DNA from: Eubacteriales bacterium
GTDB taxonomy: Bacteria; Bacillota; Clostridia; Peptostreptococcales; Anaerovoracaceae
DNA: 64,000 bases
Direction of reading: 5' to 3'
Assembly (NCBI GenBank): GCA_029009055.1
Contig: JAQXJR010000035.1
Span: forward strand, 6,196-70,195
The notes under the pieces are model-generated. The model did no database searches. It was given only the letters and a program-made list of their open reading frames with translations, and was not told where the DNA came from. A program made the translations under genes and the position numbers. This document shows, one piece after another, positions 27,830-36,917 of the stretch (positions are counted from its first letter, which is position 1; each line of letters opens with the position of its first letter).

Positions 27830-28705
27830 CTATGACTGCAAAGACCTGTATATCTCACGGAAATCATCGTCGAAAATAGTGCCCTTACGGTATATGAAGC
27901 TTATTGGGTGCTTTATCTTAAAATCTGTGAGATTGACTTTCGCTATGGTGCCCTTCTCTATCTCCTGGCTGAACGCCGCCTGGTAGACGAAGGAAACGCC
28001 CAGGCCTGCCGCCGTCATATCCCTGATAGCCGCTATACTCGCGATCTCAGCCACGTTATCGAAGTTTTTGATAGATAGTCCCAGCTCGTTCAAATAATGT
28101 TCCAGGATCTCCCTGGTGCCCGATTTCGGTTCCCTGAGCAGGAGTCGCTCGCCCAGCATGTCTTCCGTTTTCTTACCGTCGTATTTTCGGGCTATTTCAG
28201 GCGCCGCGGCAGCTATGAACTCCTCGTCGCTCATGACGAAATACGAATATTTATCCTTAGGGAAATCCCCCTCGACTACAGCAAAGTCTATTTCCCCGTT
28301 ATTCAGCTCTCTGAGCAACTCATCTGTGTTCTGGCAGACCATGCAGATATGGGTGTTCCTGTCCCTCTTCATGAAGCGGATCAGCCTCTCCGGCATGAAG
28401 AAGCCGGCTGCGGTGAGTGTGGCGCCGAAATTATACACTTTACGGCCGTCTATCGCCTGAATCCTCTCTTCTATGAATTTCTCATCGTTCTGGATCTTCC
28501 TAGCGGAGTCCAGAAGGAATTCCCCTGCCTGTGTCAGCTTCAGCTTCTTTCCCTCGAACGTGAAGAGCTGGGCACCGTATGTCTGCTCGAGGTATTTTAT
28601 ATGGTGTGTGACCGCCGGCTGAGTTATACAAAGGTGTTCAGCCGCCTTCGTGTAGTTCATGTCTCTGCATACCTGCAGAAATGTCTTCATTCGGAAATCC
28701 TGCAT
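27830..28705 (-). CDS. LysR family transcriptional regulator (CysL-like)
   Basis: HTH YTKAAEHLCITQPAVTHHIKYLE, LTQAG, IDFAVVEG and LREPKSGTR. Confidence 0.92.
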   Translation of the reverse strand: MQDFRMKTFLQVCRDMNYTKAAEHLCITQPAVTHHIKYLEQTYGAQLFTFEGKKLKLTQAGEFLLDSARKIQNDEKFIEERIQAIDGRKVYNFGATLTAAGFFMPERLIRFMKRDRNTHICMVCQNTDELLRELNNGEIDFAVVEGDFPKDKYSYFVMSDEEFIAAAAPEIARKYDGKKTEDMLGERLLLREPKSGTREILEHYLNELGLSIKNFDNVAEIASIAAIRDMTAAGLGVSFVYQAAFSQEIEKGTIAKVNLTDFKIKHPISFIYRKGTIFDDDFREIYRSLQS

Positions 28706-28770
28706 TTCCCTGCCTTTCCCGCCATTTATACATCATAACGCAAATTTATCGTTCTATTAATATATATAAT

Positions 28771-28799
28771 TTTACATTTTGTTTTGCAAGATATATTAT
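28771..28799 (+). promoter_or_regulatory. Sigma-A-like promoter divergent from lysR
   Basis: TTTACA-17 bp-TATTAT, with no full gene downstream. Confidence 0.55.
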
Positions 28800-28842
28800 T
28801 CAATTGTAACCAAACAAGAAAACAGATAGGCCTTCACATAAC

Positions 28843-28915
28843 CGAAGACTTACGCAAAACTCCATTTTGCGGTTCGCCATTCTTTCTTTCGCCGGGTGGA
28901 TCGCTTTTTTATTTT
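28843..28915 (+). ncRNA. Candidate attenuator / small RNA with mutually exclusive hairpins
   Basis: The hairpin CGAA..CGCAAAA/TTTTGCG..TTCG (28843-28876) overlaps the left arm of terminator GCGGTTCGCC/GGTGGATCGC (28869-28904), which is followed by TTTTTTATTTT. Confidence 0.45.
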
Positions 28916-28995
28916 AAACGCGTTTAAGCATGATCATAGAACCGGCTGAGCTTGTTGAGGTCGACCCGGAGGGTGAGCTGCCGTGATGGCTTTGC

Positions 28996-29026
28996 AAAAT
29001 AAAACCCCGGCGAAACCGCCGAGGCA
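28996..29026 (-). terminator. Intrinsic terminator after the amidotransferase gene
   Basis: Minus strand CCTCGGCG-GTTT-CGCCGGGG-TTTTATTTT. Confidence 0.7.
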
Positions 29027-29045
29027 TTAAAATTCCAGTATAGAT

Positions 29046-29819
29046 CTATAATTCTGAGTATGCCATGAATATCTCGTTCATCTTCTTCTCATCCATGACG
29101 AACTCGTACCCGTGGCATTTACCTTCCATTACCTGCCTGCCGTCACGGTAAGCCGTGAGCGTCATAAACGGGACCTGCTGCCAATCGCCTTCTGTGAGCG
29201 GCTTAGTCGAGAATGTGTATCCACCCTCGCTGATTCTCCTGTGAAGTGTGCCCCGCTCGTTGGAATGGACGTAGAGCAGCTCGCCATCGTATATCAAGAG
29301 GTTCAGCTTATTCTCCGGCGCCAGTTCTTCCACGAGTTCCTCGATCACGGCGAATCTCTCTTCCGGGCTGAGCGGCGCGCCCTTAAGCTTTATGGCGTAA
29401 TTCAACCTGTCGAGCATATACAGGAATACCCGCTCGCTGTCTGTGGTGCCTTTCTGCCGGTAGAAGTAGCTGTTCAGCACGTCTCCCTCGAATATGGTGC
29501 CATTATGGGCGAACACCCAGGTCCTGCCGCTCGCGTCCTCGCCCCAGAAAGGGTGGGCGTTATCGTATTCCTCATAGCCTACTGTCGCGTATCTGATGTG
29601 GGCGATGGCCGAGGCGCTTTCTATAGGCTCATTCAGTATGGCGTCGAGCTTAGCGCTCTTATATGCCGGCTTCGGGCTCTTATCTATGAACCGTCCGCTT
29701 TCGTTGAAATAGGCGAGTCCCCATCCGTCAGGGTTCGTCGTGGAGTGCGAGTAGAATTCCCTGAGCTCCTCATTAAGTTCTCTTGCCTTGCTGCCGCTGA
29801 AGCCGTAAAGTTCACACAT
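29046..29819 (-). CDS. Class II glutamine amidotransferase (YafJ/GATase_4-like)
   Basis: True start MCELYGFS (N-terminal Cys nucleophile), NPDGWG, AHIRYATVG, NAHPF, FAHNGTI and GTTDSE. Confidence 0.88.
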   Translation of the reverse strand: MCELYGFSGSKARELNEELREFYSHSTTNPDGWGLAYFNESGRFIDKSPKPAYKSAKLDAILNEPIESASAIAHIRYATVGYEEYDNAHPFWGEDASGRTWVFAHNGTIFEGDVLNSYFYRQKGTTDSERVFLYMLDRLNYAIKLKGAPLSPEERFAVIEELVEELAPENKLNLLIYDGELLYVHSNERGTLHRRISEGGYTFSTKPLTEGDWQQVPFMTLTAYRDGRQVMEGKCHGYEFVMDEKKMNEIFMAYSEL

Positions 29820-30040
29820 GCCCGATGCCCCCTCTCTCGTAGGATCCAGGCTCAGAGCTTCCGTCAGCATCCGAACCTTTTTCTTAAGAAGATATTTTAA
29901 CACCTTTATCGGGGATGTGTATAGGTAATTTTCCCTATTTACCCACTTCTTTTATATGATTATTTAGCAAAGTCCCGACACGATATCTGCTTCCAGCGGC
30001 TGCCTCCTTAGCTTGATCTTAACTCGTTCCCGAGCCAGCG

Positions 30041-30259
30041 TTCGACAAAAATTTTTAAAACGACAATTATAGTCGATTTTTCGAACAAAATCGAGGAAAT
30101 CAAGATTTCAGTCGACATTGACAAATGCTGGAAATTGTGATTCTACACATGATGAGTACATGACCGAAAGCGCAGCCTCGATGCCGTACATGAGTTCTAT
30201 AAAAACAATCGTAATCGCCGATTTTTATCGACATTGACAAATGCTGGAAATGATGATTC
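30041..30259 (+). repeat. Cluster of modular dispersed repeat units (A and B modules)
   Basis: 32-bp direct repeat TCGACATTGACAAATGCTGGAAAT(TG/GA)TGATTC at 30112-30143 and 30228-30259. Palindromic B module at 30195-30232. Homologous copies at 54213-54548. Confidence 0.8.
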
Positions 30260-30264
30260 AGCCA

Positions 30265-31395
30265 TTAACACTCTTCTGAGCTGGATTTGGCGATTCCCGG
30301 CTGTGCTGTCGATTCATCTTCAGGTGCATCCGGCGCAACTTCAACAGTATCCTCAGCATCTTCTTCCGCCGGCTCTTCTGAATCAGCCTCAATGGAATGA
30401 TCCGCCTGCTCTATGAAATCCATAGCAAGCTGTTCGCCATCAGAATCATCAGATTCATCCGACAAGTCATCCTTTCCAGTTTTTTCAACTGTTTCCGCGG
30501 CGTCTGTCTTCTCAACGACCTCAACTGTTTCCGCCTCGTCAGATTTCTCAACGGTTTCCGCGGTATCATTTTTCAATTCAGCAGCATCTGAAACCGCCAC
30601 ATCCTCAGACGCGCCCTTTACCGCGCCTTCCGCGGCGTGTTCAGCGGCCTTCTTAGCCGCGGACGCCTTATCAGCCGCCATTCCGGCATAGCCGTACACA
30701 GCGTTCAACACCTTACGCCCCAGGGCGCCTCGTGAAAGCAGCTTATCATAATAATAGAAAGGCACAGAGAAGAAAACACACAGAAAAGCCCAGAAAGTAG
30801 GTCTCAGAGACAGCCTGCCAGTGCTGGCGTAAGCTAAGATTCCCAGCTGTCCGTAGACAGAATCCATATATGACTTTGCTGCAGCCGTAAATATCAAGGT
30901 CATGACGAGAAGCACGGCCGCGCTTATTGGAAACAGCAAACCTTTAAAGTAAAGCTTCCGCTTCCAAACAGAAAACAGGCTCAGGACAGCGCCCGCGACA
31001 GTCGCCAGAAATACTAGCGAAAACAGCCAGAGAGCCGCCATAGTCCCGGCAGGCATGCCGCCCCCGTAGCCATTCGTGATTTTTATCAGACTCCTGACCG
31101 CCCCGGATACCTGGAACATCTCGAAAGCCGAAAGCCCCAGATTCCGCGACGCTTTCAGGATTACGCTCACATCGCTTCCGACCTTATTCGTCGTATTGTA
31201 ATTCCCCGTGTAGAACACAGAGCCCAGGTCATCGAGCGGCATCTCAGACGCCTGCCTCATGGCATCCTTCACCAGAGAACTCATCTCGCTGTTAAGCCCT
31301 CCGATCTTCACCCACGAAAAGAGCAGCAGAACGACCGCCGCCACAGCGAACGCGACCGAAAGCATCTTAAATATTTTCAATCTCTTATCATCCAT
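30265..31395 (-). CDS. Hypothetical membrane protein with a long acidic C-terminal tail
   Basis: Start MDDKRLK at 31395 with RBS GGAGG, about 4 TM segments, and an E/D/A-rich tail with repeated ETVEK units. Confidence 0.7.
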   Translation of the reverse strand: MDDKRLKIFKMLSVAFAVAAVVLLLFSWVKIGGLNSEMSSLVKDAMRQASEMPLDDLGSVFYTGNYNTTNKVGSDVSVILKASRNLGLSAFEMFQVSGAVRSLIKITNGYGGGMPAGTMAALWLFSLVFLATVAGAVLSLFSVWKRKLYFKGLLFPISAAVLLVMTLIFTAAAKSYMDSVYGQLGILAYASTGRLSLRPTFWAFLCVFFSVPFYYYDKLLSRGALGRKVLNAVYGYAGMAADKASAAKKAAEHAAEGAVKGASEDVAVSDAAELKNDTAETVEKSDEAETVEVVEKTDAAETVEKTGKDDLSDESDDSDGEQLAMDFIEQADHSIEADSEEPAEEDAEDTVEVAPDAPEDESTAQPGIAKSSSEEC

Positions 31396-31468
31396 GACTA
31401 AACCTCCCTGAGCGTTCATTCCCCCAGCAAAGCCATTTCGCGCATGTCCCTCCGGGCCCCGGCCTTGT

Positions 31469-32977
31469 CTAAAGTTCGTAGAGCTCCGTGTACTTATTTT
31501 CCAGATAATCCAGGAAATCGTCCGGCGTGAGCTCGCGCCCCGTGATGTCACGGATCCACTCGCCCGGCGCCAGCCTGTCTGCCTTCTTAAACACATGCTC
31601 AGCCATCCAGCCGTTAATTTTCTCAAAGTCGCCATTAGCGACCGTCTCGTCTATATCCATGTCCTCCGCCATTTTATTATAATACATAGCGTTATACATG
31701 TTTCCTAAGGCGTAAGTCGGGAAATAACCGAAACCGGAAGCCCAGTGGACATCCTGAAGCACACCTTCCCGATCATTCGAAGGCCTTACGCCGAGATACT
31801 TCTCATACATATCAGCCCAGGTCTCAGGCAGACGCGTAAGGTCCGCCTCGCCCGCGACAATCCTCTTCTCCAGCTCGTAGCGTATTATTATGTGAAGCGT
31901 GTACGTGAACTCATCAGCCTCAGTCCTGATAAGGCTCGGCTCCACGACATTAAGCGCCTCATAAAGCTCCCTCTCCGACACATCATACATGGCTTCAGGG
32001 AATATGCGCTTAACATCCGGGTAAATCAGATGAACGAACGCCTCCGACCTTCCGATCCTCTTCTCATAGAACCTGGAAACAGACTCATGCTGGCCCATAG
32101 TCTTCTCCATCTGGATATGGTGGTCGAAATTCTCCGCCGGCTGCAGCTGCTCGAATAAGGCATGCCCGCCCTCATGTATGATGGAATACATGCTCGACGC
32201 GAAATCCGCCGGGTAATAATGAGTCGTCACCCGAGCGTCATCCCTGGCCAGGCCGTCCGTGAACGGGTGCTCCGTCGTCGTGAAAGCGCCCCTCTTGAAA
32301 TCGAAGCCAATCGTTCCGAGCAGGAACTCAGCCATCTCTCTTTGCTGTTCGTCCGACACGAGCCTATGCAGGAAGTCCGTGCGAATTCTCTTCTTACTAT
32401 GTGTGATTCTATCGAGCAAAGGTGTCAATCTTTCGAGGCACTTCGTGAAGATTTCGTCCAGTTTCTCTGACCGCATGCCGCGCTCATAATCGTCGAGAAG
32501 GTTATCATACACATTCGGCAAAGGCTGCTCGCGAAGCTCCACTTCGCGCAGGTTCGCGTCTCTGACCGCCTGTAGAGATGGCAGAAATACGCTGTAATCT
32601 GACACCTTCTTAGCCTCAAGCCAGTCTTCATACGCCTTATTATATACTTGCTCCAACCGGTGCTCCTCATCCGGCGTAAGGTTTTTCGTCTTTTGGCGCT
32701 CGCGGTGGAGCAGCTCCGCCAGAGTTCTGTCGAACTCGCCTAAGGAATCCCTTTGCTGGTATAAAAATTCAGCTGCCTCTATGAATTTCTCGTCCTTCTT
32801 CAGTCGGAAAGCCTGGTTAGCCAGAAATGCTATGGTCTTCCCCTGCTCGCTCATACCTCCGGTCGGACAGATAGTCTCCAGGTCGTAATTCAGCACCCTG
32901 ACAGCGTGCTCGTACGTTTCCGCCTGTTTAAGCACATCATCTACATATTTCAGATTTTCTTCAAGTAAATTATTCAT
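31469..32977 (-). CDS. Carboxypeptidase, M32 family
   Basis: HPFT, DARVTT, IIHEGGHALFEQ (HEXXH), HESVSRFYE, IRTEADE, QDVHW and GYFPTYALG. Confidence 0.93.
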   Translation of the reverse strand: MNNLLEENLKYVDDVLKQAETYEHAVRVLNYDLETICPTGGMSEQGKTIAFLANQAFRLKKDEKFIEAAEFLYQQRDSLGEFDRTLAELLHRERQKTKNLTPDEEHRLEQVYNKAYEDWLEAKKVSDYSVFLPSLQAVRDANLREVELREQPLPNVYDNLLDDYERGMRSEKLDEIFTKCLERLTPLLDRITHSKKRIRTDFLHRLVSDEQQREMAEFLLGTIGFDFKRGAFTTTEHPFTDGLARDDARVTTHYYPADFASSMYSIIHEGGHALFEQLQPAENFDHHIQMEKTMGQHESVSRFYEKRIGRSEAFVHLIYPDVKRIFPEAMYDVSERELYEALNVVEPSLIRTEADEFTYTLHIIIRYELEKRIVAGEADLTRLPETWADMYEKYLGVRPSNDREGVLQDVHWASGFGYFPTYALGNMYNAMYYNKMAEDMDIDETVANGDFEKINGWMAEHVFKKADRLAPGEWIRDITGRELTPDDFLDYLENKYTELYEL

Positions 32978-33032
32978 AATCTTCTCCCATGTGTATTAAT
33001 ATATCTATATTACATTAATTTGGAGGATACTG

Positions 33033-34010
33033 ATGATTATTTCTCAGATGTTCATATTATTTATCGTCGCCTCGTTCGGAGGCTGGGTCTATGAGTGCAT
33101 ATATTGTACCATTAACACGAAGCACTGGCAGAACAGGGGCTTCCTGCACGGACCTATCTGCCCTATCTACGGGGCGGGAGTGGCCGCGGCTTATGGCCTG
33201 TTCAGGCTTCTGCCTCTCTATGTGCCTAAGGCGGACATAGGGACGGATACTGCCTGGTGGAAGATATTCATCATCTGCGCCGTCGGGTCAGCCGTGCTGG
33301 AATACGTGACCAGCTACGTCCTGGAGAAGAGATTCCACGCCCTCTGGTGGGATTATTCGAAAGTGCCTCTTAACATTAACGGCAGGATCTGCCTGCCGGC
33401 TACCACCGCCTTCGGTGTAGCGGGAGTCATGATCGTGAAATTTCTCATCCCGTATATTTCAGCCATCCCGGCTAATGACCACCCGCTTATAAACGAGATC
33501 ATCGCCCTGTGTCTCATGATGGTCCTGGGCATGGATATAGCGATAACGAACGCTGATCTGTCAGACCTCATCCAGAGGATAGACGCAGTCGAGAAGGAAT
33601 TCAACGAGAGGATGGAATCCGGCGTCGTCTTGGTCCAGGAAGGGCCTGCGGCTGTCGCTGCCGCTGCGGGTAACGCCGCCAGGAATGCCGCTGAGACAGT
33701 GCGCGATAAGGGGCGCGAGGCTACGCTCAGAAGGCAGATGGAATTGGAAGACCGGAAGAACGCTTTACTGGCTGAACTTTCAGAACGTCAGAAATACAAC
33801 TTGAGATCCATAAGAGAACTCAGACTGAGGTCATCCGGCGAGACTGATCGGAAGATAAAACTCACGGCCAGATCGCTTCAGGAAGCCATGATGAAGAGAA
33901 TAACAGCAGACGCCGAAGCGACAGAGGACGAAGCTCGTAAAGCCGTAGACGACCCTTTGCTGACTGACACATATAGGGATAAAAATGAAGAAAATGACGA
34001 AAAACAATGA
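33033..34010 (+). CDS. Putative ABC transporter permease family protein (DUF1113-like) with coiled-coil tail
   Basis: GWVYEC, NRGFLHGPICPIYG, WWDYS and NINGRICL. Confidence 0.8.
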   Translation: MIISQMFILFIVASFGGWVYECIYCTINTKHWQNRGFLHGPICPIYGAGVAAAYGLFRLLPLYVPKADIGTDTAWWKIFIICAVGSAVLEYVTSYVLEKRFHALWWDYSKVPLNINGRICLPATTAFGVAGVMIVKFLIPYISAIPANDHPLINEIIALCLMMVLGMDIAITNADLSDLIQRIDAVEKEFNERMESGVVLVQEGPAAVAAAAGNAARNAAETVRDKGREATLRRQMELEDRKNALLAELSERQKYNLRSIRELRLRSSGETDRKIKLTARSLQEAMMKRITADAEATEDEARKAVDDPLLTDTYRDKNEENDEKQ

Positions 34011-34545
34011 TGATATTCCAGAAACTGCGGCAGTTCCATCTAGAAACGGCTCAGGGCAGGAGGACATAGAAACTGCCTTGAAGAAAGCGGCTACTGCCCT
34101 GTCACCGGAGGAAGAGAAGGATTTTCGGGCACTTATAGCTGACATAGCGTCAGACCCCCGGACACGGCAGATGGAGCAGTTCAAGCAGCATGGCTCTACT
34201 AACACGTACGAGCACTGCCTGTCCGTCGCCAGGTGCGCCTTCGGCCTCGCCCGCCATCTCCACCTGAGCGTGGATGAACGGGTCCTCATAACAGCTGCCT
34301 TGCTCCACGACTACTGCCTTTACGACTGGCACGGGTCCGGCGATCACCTGCACGGCTTCCACCACCCATATATAGCAGCTGATAACGCTATCCGGGATTT
34401 CGGCATACCGCCTGAGGCGGCTGACGCCATAAGATCGCACATGTGGCCTCTTAACCTGACCCAGTTCCCTAACTCCATGGAAGCCTGGCTCATAACCACA
34501 GCGGATAAGATCTGCGCCGCGCGGGAATCCATATTCAGAGGCTGA
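33985..34545 (+). CDS. HD-domain phosphohydrolase
   Basis: QHG..TYEHCLSVA, ALLHDYCLYDW, HGFHHP, IRSHMWPL and ADKICA. Confidence 0.85.
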   Translation: MKKMTKNNDDIPETAAVPSRNGSGQEDIETALKKAATALSPEEEKDFRALIADIASDPRTRQMEQFKQHGSTNTYEHCLSVARCAFGLARHLHLSVDERVLITAALLHDYCLYDWHGSGDHLHGFHHPYIAADNAIRDFGIPPEAADAIRSHMWPLNLTQFPNSMEAWLITTADKICAARESIFRG

Positions 34546-34674
34546 TACGCTGCCGACGCCTATAATCAGAAAAACTTTAAATCAAACCATACGAAAAAGC
34601 TCCGATGCCGCGCCAAATATTGATGACGCGCCCGGAGCGTTCTATTCAAGCTATGATCAAGCTATGGCACTGTG

Positions 34675-35307
34675 TTAGCCTATGACCCCGCGGATAAATA
34701 TCTCGAGGCCTATCCCAATCAGTATTACGCCGCCCAGGATGCCTGCCTTATCCACGACCTTCTCTCCGACTTTCTTACCTATGCGAAGTCCGCCCATACA
34801 GATGAAGAACGTGACCACGCCGATTATGACGGCTGAAATGACCGCCATTGCCGCGTTATATGAAGCGGTGGTAAAGCCGACAGACAGGGCGTCTATGGAT
34901 GTCGCTACACCCTGGACCATCAGGACACCGATCGTCAGATTCTGACTTCCTGTTTTACCATCTTTCTCAGCCTCTTCGGCTTCCTCCTCTTTCTCGCGGA
35001 CCTCTGCGCTCTCACGCTTAGCCAGTCCTTCAAACAACATCTTACCACCTATATAGAGAAGTAGGATAAGGGCTATCCAAGGTATGAACTTCTCGAACTG
35101 CCTGAAATAGCTGACGAACCAGTGGACAGCCACCCAGCCCAGTATAGGCATGGCTATCTGAAAACCGGCGTAAACTCCCGCTATTCCCGCCATCCTGCCA
35201 TGCTTCATGTCCGGCTCTGTCATGGCGTTTACTATTGAAACTGAAAAAGCGTCCATAGCCAGACCCACGCCCAGTAAAATACTAGTGATAAAAAAACTAA
35301 GATCCAT
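34675..35307 (-). CDS. mntP: Manganese efflux pump MntP family
   Basis: Paired motifs LAMDAFSVS and ATSIDALSVG, plus FQIAMP. Confidence 0.9.
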   Translation of the reverse strand: MDLSFFITSILLGVGLAMDAFSVSIVNAMTEPDMKHGRMAGIAGVYAGFQIAMPILGWVAVHWFVSYFRQFEKFIPWIALILLLYIGGKMLFEGLAKRESAEVREKEEEAEEAEKDGKTGSQNLTIGVLMVQGVATSIDALSVGFTTASYNAAMAVISAVIIGVVTFFICMGGLRIGKKVGEKVVDKAGILGGVILIGIGLEIFIRGVIG

Positions 35308-35424
35308 AAAAACTATTCCTGAAGCCTCTTCAACTCAGTTCATCCAACTCAGTTGGTCCGGGCTTTCCAATCATTCTCTTCATCTAAACAGCCCTGATCC
35401 GGCTGATCAGGCTTCATCGCCCTC

Positions 35425-36684
35425 CTAATCATCCTGATCCAGCTTCAGCACAGCCCTGTACAGCATGTCCGTCCCGTAAGCCGCGTCCTCCCAACTAGTG
35501 TATTCTTCCTTACAATGCCCTATGCCGTTCTTACTCGGAACGAATATCATGGCGACAGGGACTCTCTGGCCTATGGCGTTACTGTCCTGTCCGGCGCCGC
35601 TGTGGAGCTCCTTATGCGAGATTCCACCTTCGTCCCCGCACCTGGCTAATATGTCTCTCAACCTCTTATCGCAGACCACAGAAGGTTTCTTAACTAACGG
35701 CGTGAATACGGTCGTCACCCCATCTATACTGTCAGCGAAATCCTTCACCCTGTCCACGAAGTCGTTTATATGAGCCTGCCTCATGTGCCTTACTTCCAAG
35801 GTCATGGTCACCTTACCCGGAATTATGGTCGCGGCTCCCGGACTCACCCTCAGCATTCCTATGGTCGCTACCAGGTGATCCCCATCATCGCAGGCCGCGT
35901 CGTTCACGAACTGGACGATTTTAGCCGCCGCGACGAGGGCGTCATGCCGCTCCCTCATCCTCGTGGTCCCGGCGTGGTCGCTCTTACCGTTAACGGTTAT
36001 CCTGTACCTGGTTATACCGGCTATACCTGTGACTATGCCGGTCCTGATCTCTTCCTTTTCCAGCCTCGTAGACTGCTCTATATGAAGTTCCAGGTACTCC
36101 CGCCAATCGCTGGTATCTACCTGGCATGAGAGGATATCATCGTATGTGAGCCCGTGTTTATCCAGGACTTTCTGATATATCTTATTAGGTTTTCCGATCA
36201 GGCCCATCATAGCCCGGCTGCCGAACGTCCCGCCGAGAGCGCTTCCTTCCTCACCCTGGATGCCCATGACCAGAAGAGAATGGCGGAGGCGCACGCCCTC
36301 ATCCAGGAGACGCTTTGCTAAACTGAGAGAAGCCGCCACGCCCAGGCATCCATCATAAAGGCCGCCGTTAAGAACAGTGTCGAGATGAGAACCCGTAACG
36401 ATCGTTCCCGCTTCAGGATCAGTCCCCTCTAGCAAAGCCAGCCTGTCACCGACTCTGTCTTTCGTCACGGTCATGCCTAGAGACTCGGCTATCTCCCGAA
36501 ACTCCTCAGCCGCCTCCTCATACTCCGGAGAAAGGGGAAGCCTGGAATACGAACCGTCCTCGGTCTTACCATGCGACCCGATCCGCAAAGTATATTCTTC
36601 TAGTATCTCTGATATGTAGTCTATCGTATCCCGACTTACCGGCCCCTCAGCCGCTAAAGCTTTATTCCTTTCATAACTATCCAT
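35425..36684 (-). CDS. M20 Zn-dependent amidohydrolase (hydantoinase/carbamoylase, allantoate amidohydrolase family)
   Basis: GSHLDTV.NGG.YDG.LG, EEG, ELHIEQ, HAGTT and SGAGQD (Q replaces the usual H). Confidence 0.85.
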   Translation of the reverse strand: MDSYERNKALAAEGPVSRDTIDYISEILEEYTLRIGSHGKTEDGSYSRLPLSPEYEEAAEEFREIAESLGMTVTKDRVGDRLALLEGTDPEAGTIVTGSHLDTVLNGGLYDGCLGVAASLSLAKRLLDEGVRLRHSLLVMGIQGEEGSALGGTFGSRAMMGLIGKPNKIYQKVLDKHGLTYDDILSCQVDTSDWREYLELHIEQSTRLEKEEIRTGIVTGIAGITRYRITVNGKSDHAGTTRMRERHDALVAAAKIVQFVNDAACDDGDHLVATIGMLRVSPGAATIIPGKVTMTLEVRHMRQAHINDFVDRVKDFADSIDGVTTVFTPLVKKPSVVCDKRLRDILARCGDEGGISHKELHSGAGQDSNAIGQRVPVAMIFVPSKNGIGHCKEEYTSWEDAAYGTDMLYRAVLKLDQDD

Positions 36685-36917
36685 GTGTTCCCCCTAGATT
36701 CCCCTTTAATATTTTGCTTCACATTATACATCAAATCCCGACATAATATTCAATTCCATGTGAAGTTAATAGGTATACAATTATCAAAAATTATTCAAAT
36801 ATACATAGAATAATGGTAAAATATGTGCATGTACTAAATTCAAATCAGGGATTAGATGTGTCTGATTATTTATTTGCATTATACGTTATTTCGAAATCAT
36901 CGATTGGAGGATAGTTT

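Noticed and set aside
28810-28915. Assignment of the orphan leader to the fluoride riboswitch or T-box
   Set aside because: Only short fragments resemble those consensuses (GTTCGCCA, GGTGG), and the required flanking motifs are missing.
30118-30146. Module A as a complete promoter
   Set aside because: TTGACA is present in all copies, but the hexamers 17 bp downstream (TTCTAC, TTCAGC, TTCAAA) are poor -10 boxes.
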